Shown: positions 8,563-18,236, counted from the first letter of the stretch. The stretch is 33,222 bases of DNA from a candidate division WOR-3 bacterium (GCA_039801225.1 JBDRUH010000014.1:1-33222); one strand, 5' to 3'. The notes: a model not told the origin generated them from the letters alone. Made by a program: numbers and translations.

Positions 8563-9357
8563 TTGAATTTCTGGCTAATCATTCTGGCGGTTTTCCCGGG
8601 ACTGGCGCTGATTTTTTTCTTCTATTTCCGGAACAGGTACAAAAAGGAACCTTCATTCCCGATTGTTATCGCCTTTTGTTTAGGGGCAATAATCCTTCTT
8701 CCGGCATCAGCAACTTCCAATTTACTTCAGCGATTAACCGGCTGGTTTTCCGGTGAACCCCGGATTTGGAGGATATTTCTTGGCGCCTTCTTTATCGCCG
8801 GACTGGTTGAAGAAACCTGGAAATTCTTTGTTGTCCGGTTCTACTGCTACCACCGACCTGAGTTTGACGAACCCTATGACGGAATTATGTATTCCACTGC
8901 AGTCTCGCTGGGTTTTGCCACACTTGAGAACATTCTATATGTTTTCGGATCTAATATTCTTGGCGCTTTGAGAATAGGCATATTACGGGCGCTTCTCGCA
9001 GTTCCCAGTCACGCTTTTTACGGCGTATTGATGGGCTACTTTTTAGGTGAGGCGAAGTTTGCTAAAAACCGATTTGAAGAAAATCTTCTAGGTTTTTTGG
9101 GGCTCAGCCTGGCGATAGCTGCCCATGGACTCTATGACTTTCTGGTTATCGCCATACCCTATCGCCCGCTCCTCTTGATTAGCCTAATAATCTTCGCCCT
9201 CCTTACCTGGATTATCTTCTTTGAAGCAACCCGGCGCCATTCAGAAATGTCACCCCGTCGCGCGCCAGAATTGATTCAATTCCAACGGCAGTTGAAAGAA
9301 TCACCGGAGCAGAATACCCGGGAACAACAAGGGGATAAAAGCAATGTTGGTTCGTAA
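8563..9357 (+). CDS. prsW: PrsW-family intramembrane metalloprotease
   Basis: KEP, EETWK, FDEPYDG, GFATLEN, HAFY, HGLYDF motifs; multiple TM segments. Confidence 0.92.
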   Translation: MNFWLIILAVFPGLALIFFFYFRNRYKKEPSFPIVIAFCLGAIILLPASATSNLLQRLTGWFSGEPRIWRIFLGAFFIAGLVEETWKFFVVRFYCYHRPEFDEPYDGIMYSTAVSLGFATLENILYVFGSNILGALRIGILRALLAVPSHAFYGVLMGYFLGEAKFAKNRFEENLLGFLGLSLAIAAHGLYDFLVIAIPYRPLLLISLIIFALLTWIIFFEATRRHSEMSPRRAPELIQFQRQLKESPEQNTREQQGDKSNVGS

Positions 9358-9403
9358 TCCGTTAATTGGTAATGCAAAAAGTAAAAACTATTTCCAAAAG
9401 AAG

Positions 9404-10048
9404 CTATAAAGGGGTATGTCCCGAAACCCGGTTGAACTCATCAATCGCTTCAAAAGAAAGTTGATGGTTCCCGAGGGCGAGGATTACCTCAAAGGGAAGG
9501 GTAAGGTGGTGGGCACCGGCGATAAGCGCCGCTGTCGCCTCTTTTGGAGTTTTGATGCTGGCGGCAACAATCTCCACCTGCCGGCCCGTTGCCCTAATTA
9601 CCTCAAGAATCTCACTTACCAGTTTAATCCCGTCACCCAAAAGCCGAGTTGCCCGATTCACATAGGGGATTACATAGGTACAGCCCGCCTCAATCGCCAA
9701 AAGCGCCTGATGTCCACTGAACACCGCTGTTGCAGCGCAGGGAATTTCCGGGACAAGCCGGGTGACCAGGGACATATTTTCGGTCGTTGCCGGTATTTTG
9801 AGAACTATTTTCTCTGGGCAGATTGAATAAAACTTTCTCGCCTCTTTTTCCCTTGCTTCCAGACTCTGGGCAGTTAACTGATAGAAAACTGGACCGGGCA
9901 CAATTTCACAAATTTTTTTAATAACCTCGGCGGGACTTTCTTTAACCTTGGCCATTAATGCTGGGTTAGTGGTGCAACCCCTAACAAAACCTAAATTAAT
10001 CGCCGCTCCGACCTCATCCAAGACCGCACTGTCAATCATTATTGCCAT
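9404..10048 (-). CDS. fsa: Transaldolase-family protein, fructose-6-phosphate aldolase type
   Basis: D-S-A, GCTTNP, LKIPAT (Schiff-base Lys), PYVNR, AASIK. Confidence 0.85.
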   Translation of the reverse strand: MAIMIDSAVLDEVGAAINLGFVRGCTTNPALMAKVKESPAEVIKKICEIVPGPVFYQLTAQSLEAREKEARKFYSICPEKIVLKIPATTENMSLVTRLVPEIPCAATAVFSGHQALLAIEAGCTYVIPYVNRATRLLGDGIKLVSEILEVIRATGRQVEIVAASIKTPKEATAALIAGAHHLTLPFEVILALGNHQLSFEAIDEFNRVSGHTPL

Positions 10049-10061
10049 ATCTCCTCCAAAA

Positions 10062-11243
10062 TCAGTAACCCCAGCGCCGGGTGCGTTTTGCCCAGATTTC
10101 CTGATAGGAAAGAGTCAAGATGAGCCGGGCAGCAGTCTCGCCCAGTGGACCAGCCGATGTAGCCCCTTTGCGGAAGAGCAGTTCGCCGGCAACATCAAGG
10201 GCACCGAAATTAGTAATGGGGACACTTGTCCCAAGATGTACACCCTTTTCGCTAATCGGCTTTGGGGAGAATTTACTTTCGCAGTACCAGTTACCCATTG
10301 AGTAACCAGCCCGCAGAGGATGATTGGGCAATAGTTCATATTCTATACCAATACACCACCGCCAGACATTCCGATAACCTAACTCTTTTCCATCAATTTT
10401 TGCCCCAGACCAAGGGCGTAATTCCACTCCTAAATTAATCCGCGCCTCTCCTAATGCGTCGGTCACTGCACCAAGAGCAACTGTATGGGGCAATTTAATA
10501 GAGTAACTCCGGATTGAGTCAGTAACGACGCCGTGAATGTGTTTAAACCTTCGGGCAGTAAGATTGAGAGGAGGGTCGTAACATAGCGCTAACTGGAGAG
10601 TGCCAACTTCAGAATGGGGTAAGCTAACCGAAAGACCAATGCGGGTGGTTGTTCCCGAGTAAAGAACTTCAATCGTATCGGCACCAATTGACCCATCCCC
10701 ACTGTGAAATTGCCATTCCTCCTTAGAGCCACCCCAGATTTGATGGAACTGAGCACCAATGCAATAGCGACTTAAAAAGGATTGAGCAACACCGGCGTTT
10801 AAGGAATAGATACCACCCCGTCCGATGATATGATAACGGGTGGTGTTAGAAAGGGACTCGGACCAGAGGTTAAAGTCCTGACCAAAACGTTGCTCAATAC
10901 CTACAAGAATTTTGGTGCGTGTTGGCAGAGGCACTCCACCAGAAAGACTTAAAGGACGAACAGCACCAATCGCCCTATTGTTATTACTTTGCCTCCCGAT
11001 TGTCCCTCCGGTTAGAAGTGAGATGTTGAAGTTGGTCTTAGAAAGGTTAAGGAAGAATCCCGGATTGATTGGCGACAAGGCACTCGGTGAACCAAGGGCA
11101 TTACTCCGAGCAAACCCTGGACCAACCACCTCTCCCAATCCTAAGGGGTTAAAAAATGATTGGGCGAATGTAGGACAAACCTTTAGGTTTGGAAAAGTAA
11201 GTAAAATGCAAAATGTAAAATGTAAGAGTTTATTAAAAATCAT
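10062..11243 (-). CDS. Outer-membrane beta-barrel, FadL/OmpP1-like
   Basis: GLGE...ARSNALG...NP plug-like N-terminus; alternating beta strands; GIEY...LRAGY. Confidence 0.7.
   Translation of the reverse strand: MIFNKLLHFTFCILLTFPNLKVCPTFAQSFFNPLGLGEVVGPGFARSNALGSPSALSPINPGFFLNLSKTNFNISLLTGGTIGRQSNNNRAIGAVRPLSLSGGVPLPTRTKILVGIEQRFGQDFNLWSESLSNTTRYHIIGRGGIYSLNAGVAQSFLSRYCIGAQFHQIWGGSKEEWQFHSGDGSIGADTIEVLYSGTTTRIGLSVSLPHSEVGTLQLALCYDPPLNLTARRFKHIHGVVTDSIRSYSIKLPHTVALGAVTDALGEARINLGVELRPWSGAKIDGKELGYRNVWRWCIGIEYELLPNHPLRAGYSMGNWYCESKFSPKPISEKGVHLGTSVPITNFGALDVAGELLFRKGATSAGPLGETAARLILTLSYQEIWAKRTRRWGY
11169..11193 (+). repeat. GTAG-type REP inside the barrel gene's N-terminus
   Basis: TGTAGGACAAACC-TTTA-GGTTTGGA. 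Confidence 0.75.
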
Positions 11244-12376
11244 CTTGAGAAACGGTCCTCCGGAGGGTAAAGATAGCTAATTTTTAACTTGGGTGAATTT
11301 GGACCGGAACGAAAGATTTTAATCCGGAACGGTTTGAGCCATTCAGGCTCAGCGGTTAAAAGCAGTCCGTAATTGGGACTGGAGTCCGGACGGGAAACCC
11401 ACTCCTGGACAAGTGAAGTTATTTCTAAATGAACAACTGTATCGGTGTCAAGCGGCACATAACGAGTTATACCCGCGGCTGTCGGAGCAAAACGGGCATA
11501 TTTGCCCTTGGTCCGATAGGATTCGGTTAAACGATGAACACCAAGGCGAATAGTATCCTCCCGGCGGTAGACCGTGAGCGGTTTGAACTTTAGTTCTGCC
11601 CGGGTAACAGTAGCAGCAGGCGGAATGGACTCTAACGAGAAATGGATATAGGTGCGAAAGGCAACACTGGAGCCTACTAGAATTTCCTCCGGGTATATCC
11701 CCAAATTGGTTGAGTCAACTATATGGGTATCTTCTGTAGGATAATATGTCCTCTTCTTCCCATTGAGATAACTGAAGACAATCCGCGGGGAGGAGCTGGT
11801 TTTTTCAAGGGAGACAATGGTGGTGAACCCGGTATCAACAGGAAGCAGTATTATACCGTAGGAGTGCCGGACTAAGGTAGGTAAATAGTCGCGATTGAGT
11901 TGTAACACCGTTGAGTCTTTAACCAAACTGCCCTCACAAAGGAGGAGATGCCAGTAGTCGCCACCAGGGTTAACCCACTGATTAAGCGAATCGGTCATCC
12001 GCCAGGTCACTCCACTACCTGACCAGTCGGTAGAGCAAGGGTAACAAAGGAACTTCTGCGGGTAAGATCCTTGAGGATAAAGAATTAAATGCACCGCAGT
12101 AACCGAGTCTAAAGCGCTGTCCTTAAGGGCAAATTTGAGTAGTATCCTTGACTCATACTGATTATCCTTTCCCAAGAGTAAATAAGGGGCAGTGCTGAGG
12201 GGGATGAACTTGGCATAACTATCAATGGTATCGGGCGGAAGTTCTATTGACTCCTCCTCAGGAATACTACCGATTAAATCAAACCCTACTGGCCTAGTAT
12301 TACAGTTTAAAAAAGGTAAGAGGCAAAAGCAAAAAAGCAAAACCGCCAAAAACCGGTAGCGGAAAGTAGCACTCAT
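11240..12376 (-). CDS. Lipoprotein with DNRLRE/CBM96-like domains
   Basis: Lipobox-like FLNC; W-x4-VTW...W...GGD; RTYIHF...IP..ATVTRAEL...ITSLVQEWV...NYGLLL...PKLKI. Confidence 0.7.
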   Translation of the reverse strand: MSATFRYRFLAVLLFCFCLLPFLNCNTRPVGFDLIGSIPEEESIELPPDTIDSYAKFIPLSTAPYLLLGKDNQYESRILLKFALKDSALDSVTAVHLILYPQGSYPQKFLCYPCSTDWSGSGVTWRMTDSLNQWVNPGGDYWHLLLCEGSLVKDSTVLQLNRDYLPTLVRHSYGIILLPVDTGFTTIVSLEKTSSSPRIVFSYLNGKKRTYYPTEDTHIVDSTNLGIYPEEILVGSSVAFRTYIHFSLESIPPAATVTRAELKFKPLTVYRREDTIRLGVHRLTESYRTKGKYARFAPTAAGITRYVPLDTDTVVHLEITSLVQEWVSRPDSSPNYGLLLTAEPEWLKPFRIKIFRSGPNSPKLKISYLYPPEDRFSR

Positions 12377-12383
12377 CGGCTCG

Positions 12384-13430
12384 TCACCTTGTGAACTCAC
12401 GTATCCCGCTTCGGGAAAAGGGAGATTCTACCGGAGCCGTCGGGGAAGGGAAAGACACAAACGCCTGGGCAATGTGTTGGGAGATGCGGTCTCTTACCGC
12501 TTGATAAGCGGTGCGAATGGCGTTCTTCAAAGCCCGGGGGGTTGAACGACCATGAGCAGCAACAACATTGCCCTCAAGACCGAGCATTAAAGCACCGCCG
12601 TGCTCTTGATAATCCATTCGGCTGATGAACTCCTCAAGCACTGGACGGGAAAACCAGCGTCTAAGCCGGTATTTTGACTCGGACTCTAAATACTCCTGAA
12701 GGAGTTCACGCAGTATTTCTGCCAGACCTTCACCATATTTCAAAAGGACATTACCAACAAAGCCGTCGCAAACCACCACATCCACCTTGCCGGTGAGGAT
12801 GTCGCTCCCCTCCACATTACCGATGAAATTAAGTTCGCTTTCTTTCAGCAGTTGGTAGGCGCTAAGAGTCTGCTCGTTGCCCTTAGTCTCCTCCTGACCG
12901 ATGTTTAAAAGTCCAACCGTTGGGTTGGCTTTATGAAAAATAAAACTGGCTGCGGTTGCTCCCATAACGGCAAACTGAAGAAATTGCGAAGGTTTAGTAT
13001 CAACATTAGCGCCAACATCCAAAACCAAGGTGCTACCTTTGATTCTTGGAAAAAGAACCGCCAAGGTGGGACGGGATACTCCAGGAATAGCACCAAGCGA
13101 AGTCAAAGCGAACGCCATCACCGCACCGGTATTACCCGCGCTAACCACCGCTTCAACCTTCCCTTCTTTATGTAAACTCATACAGATAGCGATTGAGGAA
13201 CGGGGTTTCTTTTTTATCGCTTCAGTTGGTGACTCATGCATCCCCACCACCTCAGGAGCAGGAATCAGTTCTACCCTTTCCCAATTATCAGACCGGTATT
13301 GGGAAATAATTTCCTCCTTCCCGACGACGAGCAGTTCTAAGTCGGGCAACTCCTTCAGGGCCAGAGCCGCGCCCTCCAGTTCCACCTGGGGTGCATTGTC
13401 CGACCCCATAGCATCAAGGGCAATTTTCAT
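12384..13430 (-). CDS. plsX: Phosphate acyltransferase PlsX
   Basis: IALDAMGSDNAP, VSAGNTGA, LDVGAN, LLNIGQEETKG, NFIGNVEG, VVVCDGFVGN, HGRS. Confidence 0.97.
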   Translation of the reverse strand: MKIALDAMGSDNAPQVELEGAALALKELPDLELLVVGKEEIISQYRSDNWERVELIPAPEVVGMHESPTEAIKKKPRSSIAICMSLHKEGKVEAVVSAGNTGAVMAFALTSLGAIPGVSRPTLAVLFPRIKGSTLVLDVGANVDTKPSQFLQFAVMGATAASFIFHKANPTVGLLNIGQEETKGNEQTLSAYQLLKESELNFIGNVEGSDILTGKVDVVVCDGFVGNVLLKYGEGLAEILRELLQEYLESESKYRLRRWFSRPVLEEFISRMDYQEHGGALMLGLEGNVVAAHGRSTPRALKNAIRTAYQAVRDRISQHIAQAFVSFPSPTAPVESPFSRSGIREFTR

Positions 13431-13432
13431 TC

Positions 13433-13621
13433 TTACTCTTTACCTCTGCTTATGCTCATAACAGGTTTACCCGCATAATAACCGCAATGGGGGCAAACGC
13501 GATGAGGTATTTTAGGGCTATGGCAATGAGGGCAGTCCACTATCGTTGGCGCAGTAAGTCGCCAGTGAGTGCGTCGTTTTCTGCCCCTCTGTCTTGAATG
13601 TCTTCTCTTTGGTAAAGGCAT
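13433..13621 (-). CDS. rpmF: 50S ribosomal protein L32
   Basis: MPLPKRRHS...RRTH; CxxC...PHRVCxxCGYY; AGGAGG RBS. Confidence 0.97.
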   Translation of the reverse strand: MPLPKRRHSRQRGRKRRTHWRLTAPTIVDCPHCHSPKIPHRVCPHCGYYAGKPVMSISRGKE

Positions 13622-13659
13622 TATACTCCTCCTGAATTTAAATAAACTTGGGTGATTTT

Positions 13660-13684
13660 AGCAAGGCTAAAGCCTTGCCCTACA
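13660..13684 (-). repeat. GTAG-type REP
   Basis: Reverse complement TGTAGGGCAAGGCTTTAGCCTTGCT is identical to 32834-32858. Confidence 0.85.
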
Positions 13685-13747
13685 AACCAGCAACTTATAA
13701 CTGAATTGTTTATACTATGAAGAGCCATAATCTCAAACGATTAGTAC

Positions 13748-14113
13748 TTAGATGTTATTTTCCTCGGAAATATCGTATTCCTCTACGAAAGCGGTGTCAA
13801 AGTCATATACCGCATGAAAGTTTTCTATCGGGTCGGCCTCCTCTTTGAGCATTAATCCCGCATTCACGAGGTTTAAAACCACCTCGCCGATGTCATCGGT
13901 TGAAAATATCCCCCAAGAATTCAGCACCGCCTTTGCCATTGGTCCATACCTTTTACTCATCAACCGGCGAATCGCCTCAAGAAGTTCCTGAGCGCTGACA
14001 TGAGACTTTTTCCCAATTACCTGGTGAACATACCGCAACCCCTCATTGATTAAAAGATAAGCATCAATCGTAAACCGCGGGTCTTTTTTCAGCAATTCAT
14101 TTAGAAGAATCAT
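13748..14113 (-). CDS. Minf_1886-family conserved hypothetical protein
   Basis: DPRF...AY...HVSAQELL...YGPMAKAVLNSWGI..TDDIGEVVLNLV pattern recognised from that family. Confidence 0.75.
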   Translation of the reverse strand: MILLNELLKKDPRFTIDAYLLINEGLRYVHQVIGKKSHVSAQELLEAIRRLMSKRYGPMAKAVLNSWGIFSTDDIGEVVLNLVNAGLMLKEEADPIENFHAVYDFDTAFVEEYDISEENNI

Positions 14114-14120
14114 ATTAAAA

Positions 14121-14148
14121 ATTTTACCTGATATTTATAAAAAGTCAA
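14121..14148 (-). promoter_or_regulatory. sigma70 promoter with leaderless geometry
   Basis: TTGACT, 16 bp, TAAAAT, 7 nt, ATG 14113. Confidence 0.65.
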
Positions 14149-14303
14149 TCCTACGATTTTCATCAAAAATAATTACTAAAATAAGCTAATGTCTTCTCTG
14201 TCATTAAGCTAAAAACTAAGAGCAATTCTAAAAGAATTATAAGACACATTAGTAATAAAATATTGAGAATTATCTTAGAATGTGATCTGAATTAAGTATA
14301 AAT

Positions 14304-15590
14304 CTACCTCTTTAAAACAATCTTTTTTACCTCGTTGACATCAGGGGCCTCAAGCCGGTAAAAATATACTCCGTTTGCCACCTCCTTGCCTTTATCATCT
14401 CTTCCATCCCATTCTATGATGTAACCACCAGGGGCGACAATTTTATTCACCACTGTTCTGACACAGGTACCATTCAGATTGTAAATTCTTAATCGGACAT
14501 CTCCTACCTTGGTGATGTTAAACCTTATTCTTACCGAAGAAGAAAACGGATTGGGTTCGGCATAAATAGAAGAAACCGCTCTCTTTTCTTTGGCATACTC
14601 TATACCAATCGGCAGGAATTCGTAAATCTGGAGCCCGGACTCATAATCTGCTACATAAATATAACCGTTTGCCACATAAACGCCGCTAGCCGAACCAGGG
14701 GTGTCGTAATAGCCCACCTCTTCAGGATTTTCTGGGTTAGAAATATCAATAACACGCACACCGGACAGACCATCCGCTACATAGGCATAGTCACCTATGA
14801 CATAAACATCAGAAGTAGAACCAGGGGTGTCGTAACTGCCAACTGGAAAGGGATTTTGAGGGTTAGTAACATCTATGATGCGTAAACCAGAATCACCATC
14901 GGCAATATAGGCATAATTCCCTGATACATATACGCTTTTAGCCTTGCCCGGGGTATCACAATAACCAAGCAAGAAAGGGGTAGTCGGGTCAGAAACGTCT
15001 ATAATCCGTAGACCATTATAATAATCCGCAACATAAGCATAATTACCGACCACATACACTCCATAGGTCCATCCAGTAGTCTCATAATAGCCAACTTGAA
15101 AAGGATTAGAGGGGTTTGAAATATCCACAATGCATAGCCCGTTATCATCTGCGACATAGGCATAATTCCCTGACACATAAACTCCAAAGGCATAACCAGG
15201 GGTATCATAATGACCAGTTCCAAAAGGGTTCGCTGGAGCGGAAACATCGATAATCTTCAAACCCGGAACTTCATCAGCAACATACGCATATGTGCCGGAA
15301 ACATAAACACCTAAAGCATAATCAAGACTCTCATAACAACCTGCTTCAAAAGGAGTTTGAGGAATAGAAACATCAATAATTCTCAAACCACCTACTTCGT
15401 CAGCAATATAGGCATACTCGCCTGTAACAAAGATATCACAAGCAGAACCAGGAGTCTCACAACTGCCAAGGAACCGAACATTCAGCGATTCAGACAGAAG
15501 AGGTGCGTACCCTGCATTCTGCCTTTCTACCGTTGCAACCTCCAATGGAACACCAGAAATAATAAGTAACCAAATTATCAGAATCTCCAT
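14304..15590 (-). CDS. LVIVD-repeat protein with FlgD-Ig/T9SS-like C-terminal domain
   Basis: About seven ~42-aa units VYVSGNYAYVAD...GLRIIDVSxPxNP..GxYDTPG; C-terminal PNPF...WDGRDDKG...GVYFYRL. Confidence 0.9.
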   Translation of the reverse strand: MEILIIWLLIISGVPLEVATVERQNAGYAPLLSESLNVRFLGSCETPGSACDIFVTGEYAYIADEVGGLRIIDVSIPQTPFEAGCYESLDYALGVYVSGTYAYVADEVPGLKIIDVSAPANPFGTGHYDTPGYAFGVYVSGNYAYVADDNGLCIVDISNPSNPFQVGYYETTGWTYGVYVVGNYAYVADYYNGLRIIDVSDPTTPFLLGYCDTPGKAKSVYVSGNYAYIADGDSGLRIIDVTNPQNPFPVGSYDTPGSTSDVYVIGDYAYVADGLSGVRVIDISNPENPEEVGYYDTPGSASGVYVANGYIYVADYESGLQIYEFLPIGIEYAKEKRAVSSIYAEPNPFSSSVRIRFNITKVGDVRLRIYNLNGTCVRTVVNKIVAPGGYIIEWDGRDDKGKEVANGVYFYRLEAPDVNEVKKIVLKR

Positions 15591-15597
15591 CAATTAA

Positions 15598-15625
15598 TTT
15601 ATACCGAAAATTTCTAATCTGTCAA
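15598..15625 (-). promoter_or_regulatory. sigma70 promoter with leaderless geometry
   Basis: TTGACA, 16 bp, TATAAA, 7 nt, ATG 15590. Confidence 0.65.
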
Positions 15626-15732
15626 TTTTAATTCCCGACTGCAATCTACTGATAACTTCAGCGCCCTATCACATTTCTTCTGTTGCCAAATTTGGGACTG
15701 ACAGAGTAATTCGGTATCCTCAACGATATTAT

Positions 15733-15761
15733 TTGACATTGACAGAATGGATAGTTAAAGT
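15733..15761 (+). promoter_or_regulatory. Putative promoter for tRNA-Sec
   Basis: TTGACA, 17 bp, TAAAGT. Confidence 0.55.
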
Positions 15762-15785
15762 GTAAAAGCGATGTGGAGAAATTAT

Positions 15786-15880
15786 GGAGGCGGATGGGTG
15801 CTGGTGTGCCTGGCGGACTTCAAATCCGTATGGTCTGCGAAAAGTGGACCGGTAGGTTCGATTCCTACCCGCCTCCGCCA
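15786..15880 (+). tRNA. selC: tRNA-Sec (TCA), CCA encoded
   Basis: 95 nt; 8-bp acceptor GGAGGCGG/CCGCCTCC + GCCA; anticodon loop CTTCAAA; long variable arm; T arm GTAGG-TTCGATT-CCTAC. Confidence 0.95.
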
Positions 15881-15905
15881 CTATTAAGAGCGAAACTATG
15901 AAAAG

Positions 15906-16853
15906 ATGAAAAGGTTCTCTACTTTTTTCTTTATATTAACCTTGAGTTGGGCTGAGGTTAATCTTTTTACTCAAAGGTTAAGTTTAGATGGTGTTTTCTG
16001 GGGTAATGCTCGTGCTTACCAAGAGTGGACCAGAGGTTGGCTAAAGAGTGGCTTTGAATTTCAACAACTCGGTGGATTCTTGGCGTTGAACGGAAAGTTG
16101 AGCGAGCGCGCCTCAACCCGTGTTGAGGTTGACGTGGGAAAAATTATTCTCCGAGATCTGTTTCTTGATTTTCACTGGCAAAATGGAATCGGACTCCGTG
16201 CCGGACAGTTCAAATTGCCATTGAGTTTTGAGAGCGAACTCAGCGAGGATAAGTTAAGGTTTGTAGATTATTCCATCCTTCATAATTCTGAATTAGTTAA
16301 GTTGGGCGAACTCCGCGACATCGGAATGATGGCATCATACACAATTCAGAGTGAGGAAATAGAATGGTTCCGAGCAATGGCGCTGGTGGTAAATGGTGCC
16401 GGTCCAAACAGTTCAGACAACAATAGTCGGAAGGATGTGGCAGGACGAGTGATAATCAGCCCTTGGAAAAATCTGAATTTAAAATTAGCCTGCCGGGGAT
16501 ATTACGGCTGGTTTGAGTCCTGGGGTATCGGCTGGTCGTGTGTGGCGGGTGAGGTTTCTTATGAACAAAAACATTTTTCAGTTCAAACTGAAGCGTTATA
16601 CCGTCGCTACCAAAACAAAGCAGTTCCAGCAGGTTACTGCCAGGTAATGAGTGATTTAGGAGGTGTTCTGCCCGCGGTACGGTTGGAATTGGCTCGTTGG
16701 GAAAATGACGACATAGAGTGGTGTGTTACCTCTGGAATTGAGTTGACACCAATACCGGAGCGGGTGAAAGTTATCCTTAATTATCAGTATCACAATTTTG
16801 TTGCCGCTCGAAGGGCTCAAGAGATAGTTGTCAAATTAGTTTTTGGTTTTTAG
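15906..16853 (+). CDS. Porin, OprO/OprP-like
   Basis: Signal peptide; LRAGQFKLPLSFE, RDIG, NGAG...DNN.RKDVAGR; terminal Phe. Confidence 0.8.
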   Translation: MKRFSTFFFILTLSWAEVNLFTQRLSLDGVFWGNARAYQEWTRGWLKSGFEFQQLGGFLALNGKLSERASTRVEVDVGKIILRDLFLDFHWQNGIGLRAGQFKLPLSFESELSEDKLRFVDYSILHNSELVKLGELRDIGMMASYTIQSEEIEWFRAMALVVNGAGPNSSDNNSRKDVAGRVIISPWKNLNLKLACRGYYGWFESWGIGWSCVAGEVSYEQKHFSVQTEALYRRYQNKAVPAGYCQVMSDLGGVLPAVRLELARWENDDIEWCVTSGIELTPIPERVKVILNYQYHNFVAARRAQEIVVKLVFGF

Positions 16854-16900
16854 GAAGAGAAGAGAGAATTCTTTGCCTTCCCCATTCCGCCTTCCAACTT

Positions 16901-16925
16901 TGCAAACCTAAAGGTTTGCACTACA
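16901..16925 (-). repeat. GTAG-type REP between convergent genes
   Basis: Reverse complement TGTAGTGCAAACC-TTTA-GGTTTGCA. Confidence 0.8.
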
Positions 16926-16929
16926 TTTC

Positions 16930-17709
16930 TTAATCCCTTACCCCCTTTTCCTTTTCTCGTTTCAATTCCGCATCGGTGCGACGCAGATAGAGTGGTTCCA
17001 GAAGTTGGAGGCTATCCGGTCCTTCATCTTTTAGTAACTGCATTCCCAGGCGAGCAACCACTTTAACAGATGGAAAGGTGACGCCAGTGGTTATAAAATC
17101 TATCCCGGCTTGGCGTAGGAAGGGTTCAACCAATTTAGTTCCATCGCCAACAAGAATAAGTGGTTTTGGGTATTCTATTTTTACATTGCTGAGCCATTCA
17201 GGTATGAAGAAAGGAGAAATAACTGCGGGAGGGATACATGGCCTTCCCATTAGATAGAACCCGGCATACAGTTCTTGTTTTCGGGCATCAATTAACGCTA
17301 GGACCGGATACGGGGAATTAGAAACTTGACCTCCAGTTGTACTTAGCGCTAAAAGTGTGTTGACACCTTTAAGGGGAATTTGCCGGGCAAGCGCTAAACC
17401 TTTGGCAACGCTTAACCCTACCCGGAGTGATGTAAACATTCCCGGACCTATCGTCAAGAAAATCCCGGCGAGATAGTCAATAGCCGACAGTTGAGAGCCG
17501 AGAGCCGATGATAGTCGGATGTGACCAAACGCTTCGTTGATGAGGGTAAGTAAAACTTCATTGTGGCGAGCAGCAGTATCTTCAACCGTTTCAAAAAGAA
17601 CCGAATCGCCGGTGATTAGCGCCACTCCCGTGGAATAACCACTTGTTTCTATCGCGAGAAAAATATCTTTTACGGAGTTGGCGGTGTTATTTCTGGTGAC
17701 TCCTCCCAT
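16930..17709 (-). CDS. tsaB: tRNA threonylcarbamoyladenosine biosynthesis protein TsaB
   Basis: LAIETS, GPGMFTSLRVG, IDARKQELY, EPLYLR. Start uncertain. Confidence 0.92.
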   Translation of the reverse strand: MGGVTRNNTANSVKDIFLAIETSGYSTGVALITGDSVLFETVEDTAARHNEVLLTLINEAFGHIRLSSALGSQLSAIDYLAGIFLTIGPGMFTSLRVGLSVAKGLALARQIPLKGVNTLLALSTTGGQVSNSPYPVLALIDARKQELYAGFYLMGRPCIPPAVISPFFIPEWLSNVKIEYPKPLILVGDGTKLVEPFLRQAGIDFITTGVTFPSVKVVARLGMQLLKDEGPDSLQLLEPLYLRRTDAELKREKEKGVRD

Positions 17710-18227
17710 TCCCGATTTTGTGATTGTAATTTAACTGCTCCTTCTATCTCATCAAGGTTGATATACTCATCGCCAGCACGAATCAGTTCTACCGAGGTAT
17801 AGCCACGCCCTAACCCAATAATAGTTACTCTTTTCCCCCTTTTGGAAAGCCAGTCAACCAGCGCGAGGAAATCACCATCCCCGGTTACTAAAACTATTTC
17901 GTCCAAGAATTCGCACATTGAAAGAATCTCCAAGGTAATCTCTATGTCCATATTGGCTTTAATGGTGCCATCGGGTCTTTCCCTCACCGGTTTTGATACT
18001 ACCCGATAACCTTGAAAGGAAAGGGCATCAATCAATCGCTGGCGCCTTTCATCGTCCCGGCGGAATGGAACGAAGGCAACAAATTTACACCTCTCCCGTT
18101 CATGGTTGCCCGTAGTGAGAATATATCTAATAATAGCATCGTAGCGCACTTCTTTGCCCTGACGTTCAAATGTTTCCTGAACATTTTGGACGTCAACAAA
18201 TACCCCAGTTATATTGCTTTTATTCAT
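17670..18227 (-). CDS. NYN domain (LabA/DUF88, PIN-like) protein
   Basis: FVDVQN, KANMD, LVTGDGDF, SVELIRAGDEYI. Confidence 0.9.
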   Translation of the reverse strand: MNKSNITGVFVDVQNVQETFERQGKEVRYDAIIRYILTTGNHERERCKFVAFVPFRRDDERRQRLIDALSFQGYRVVSKPVRERPDGTIKANMDIEITLEILSMCEFLDEIVLVTGDGDFLALVDWLSKRGKRVTIIGLGRGYTSVELIRAGDEYINLDEIEGAVKLQSQNREWEESPEITPPTP

Positions 18228-18236
18228 TTCTTCCTC

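Noticed and set aside
14304..15500. Internal repeats of the LVIVD gene as a diversity-generating retroelement template/variable pair
   Set aside because: There is no reverse transcriptase in the window, and the repeats follow the 42-aa protein period rather than adenine-specific differences.
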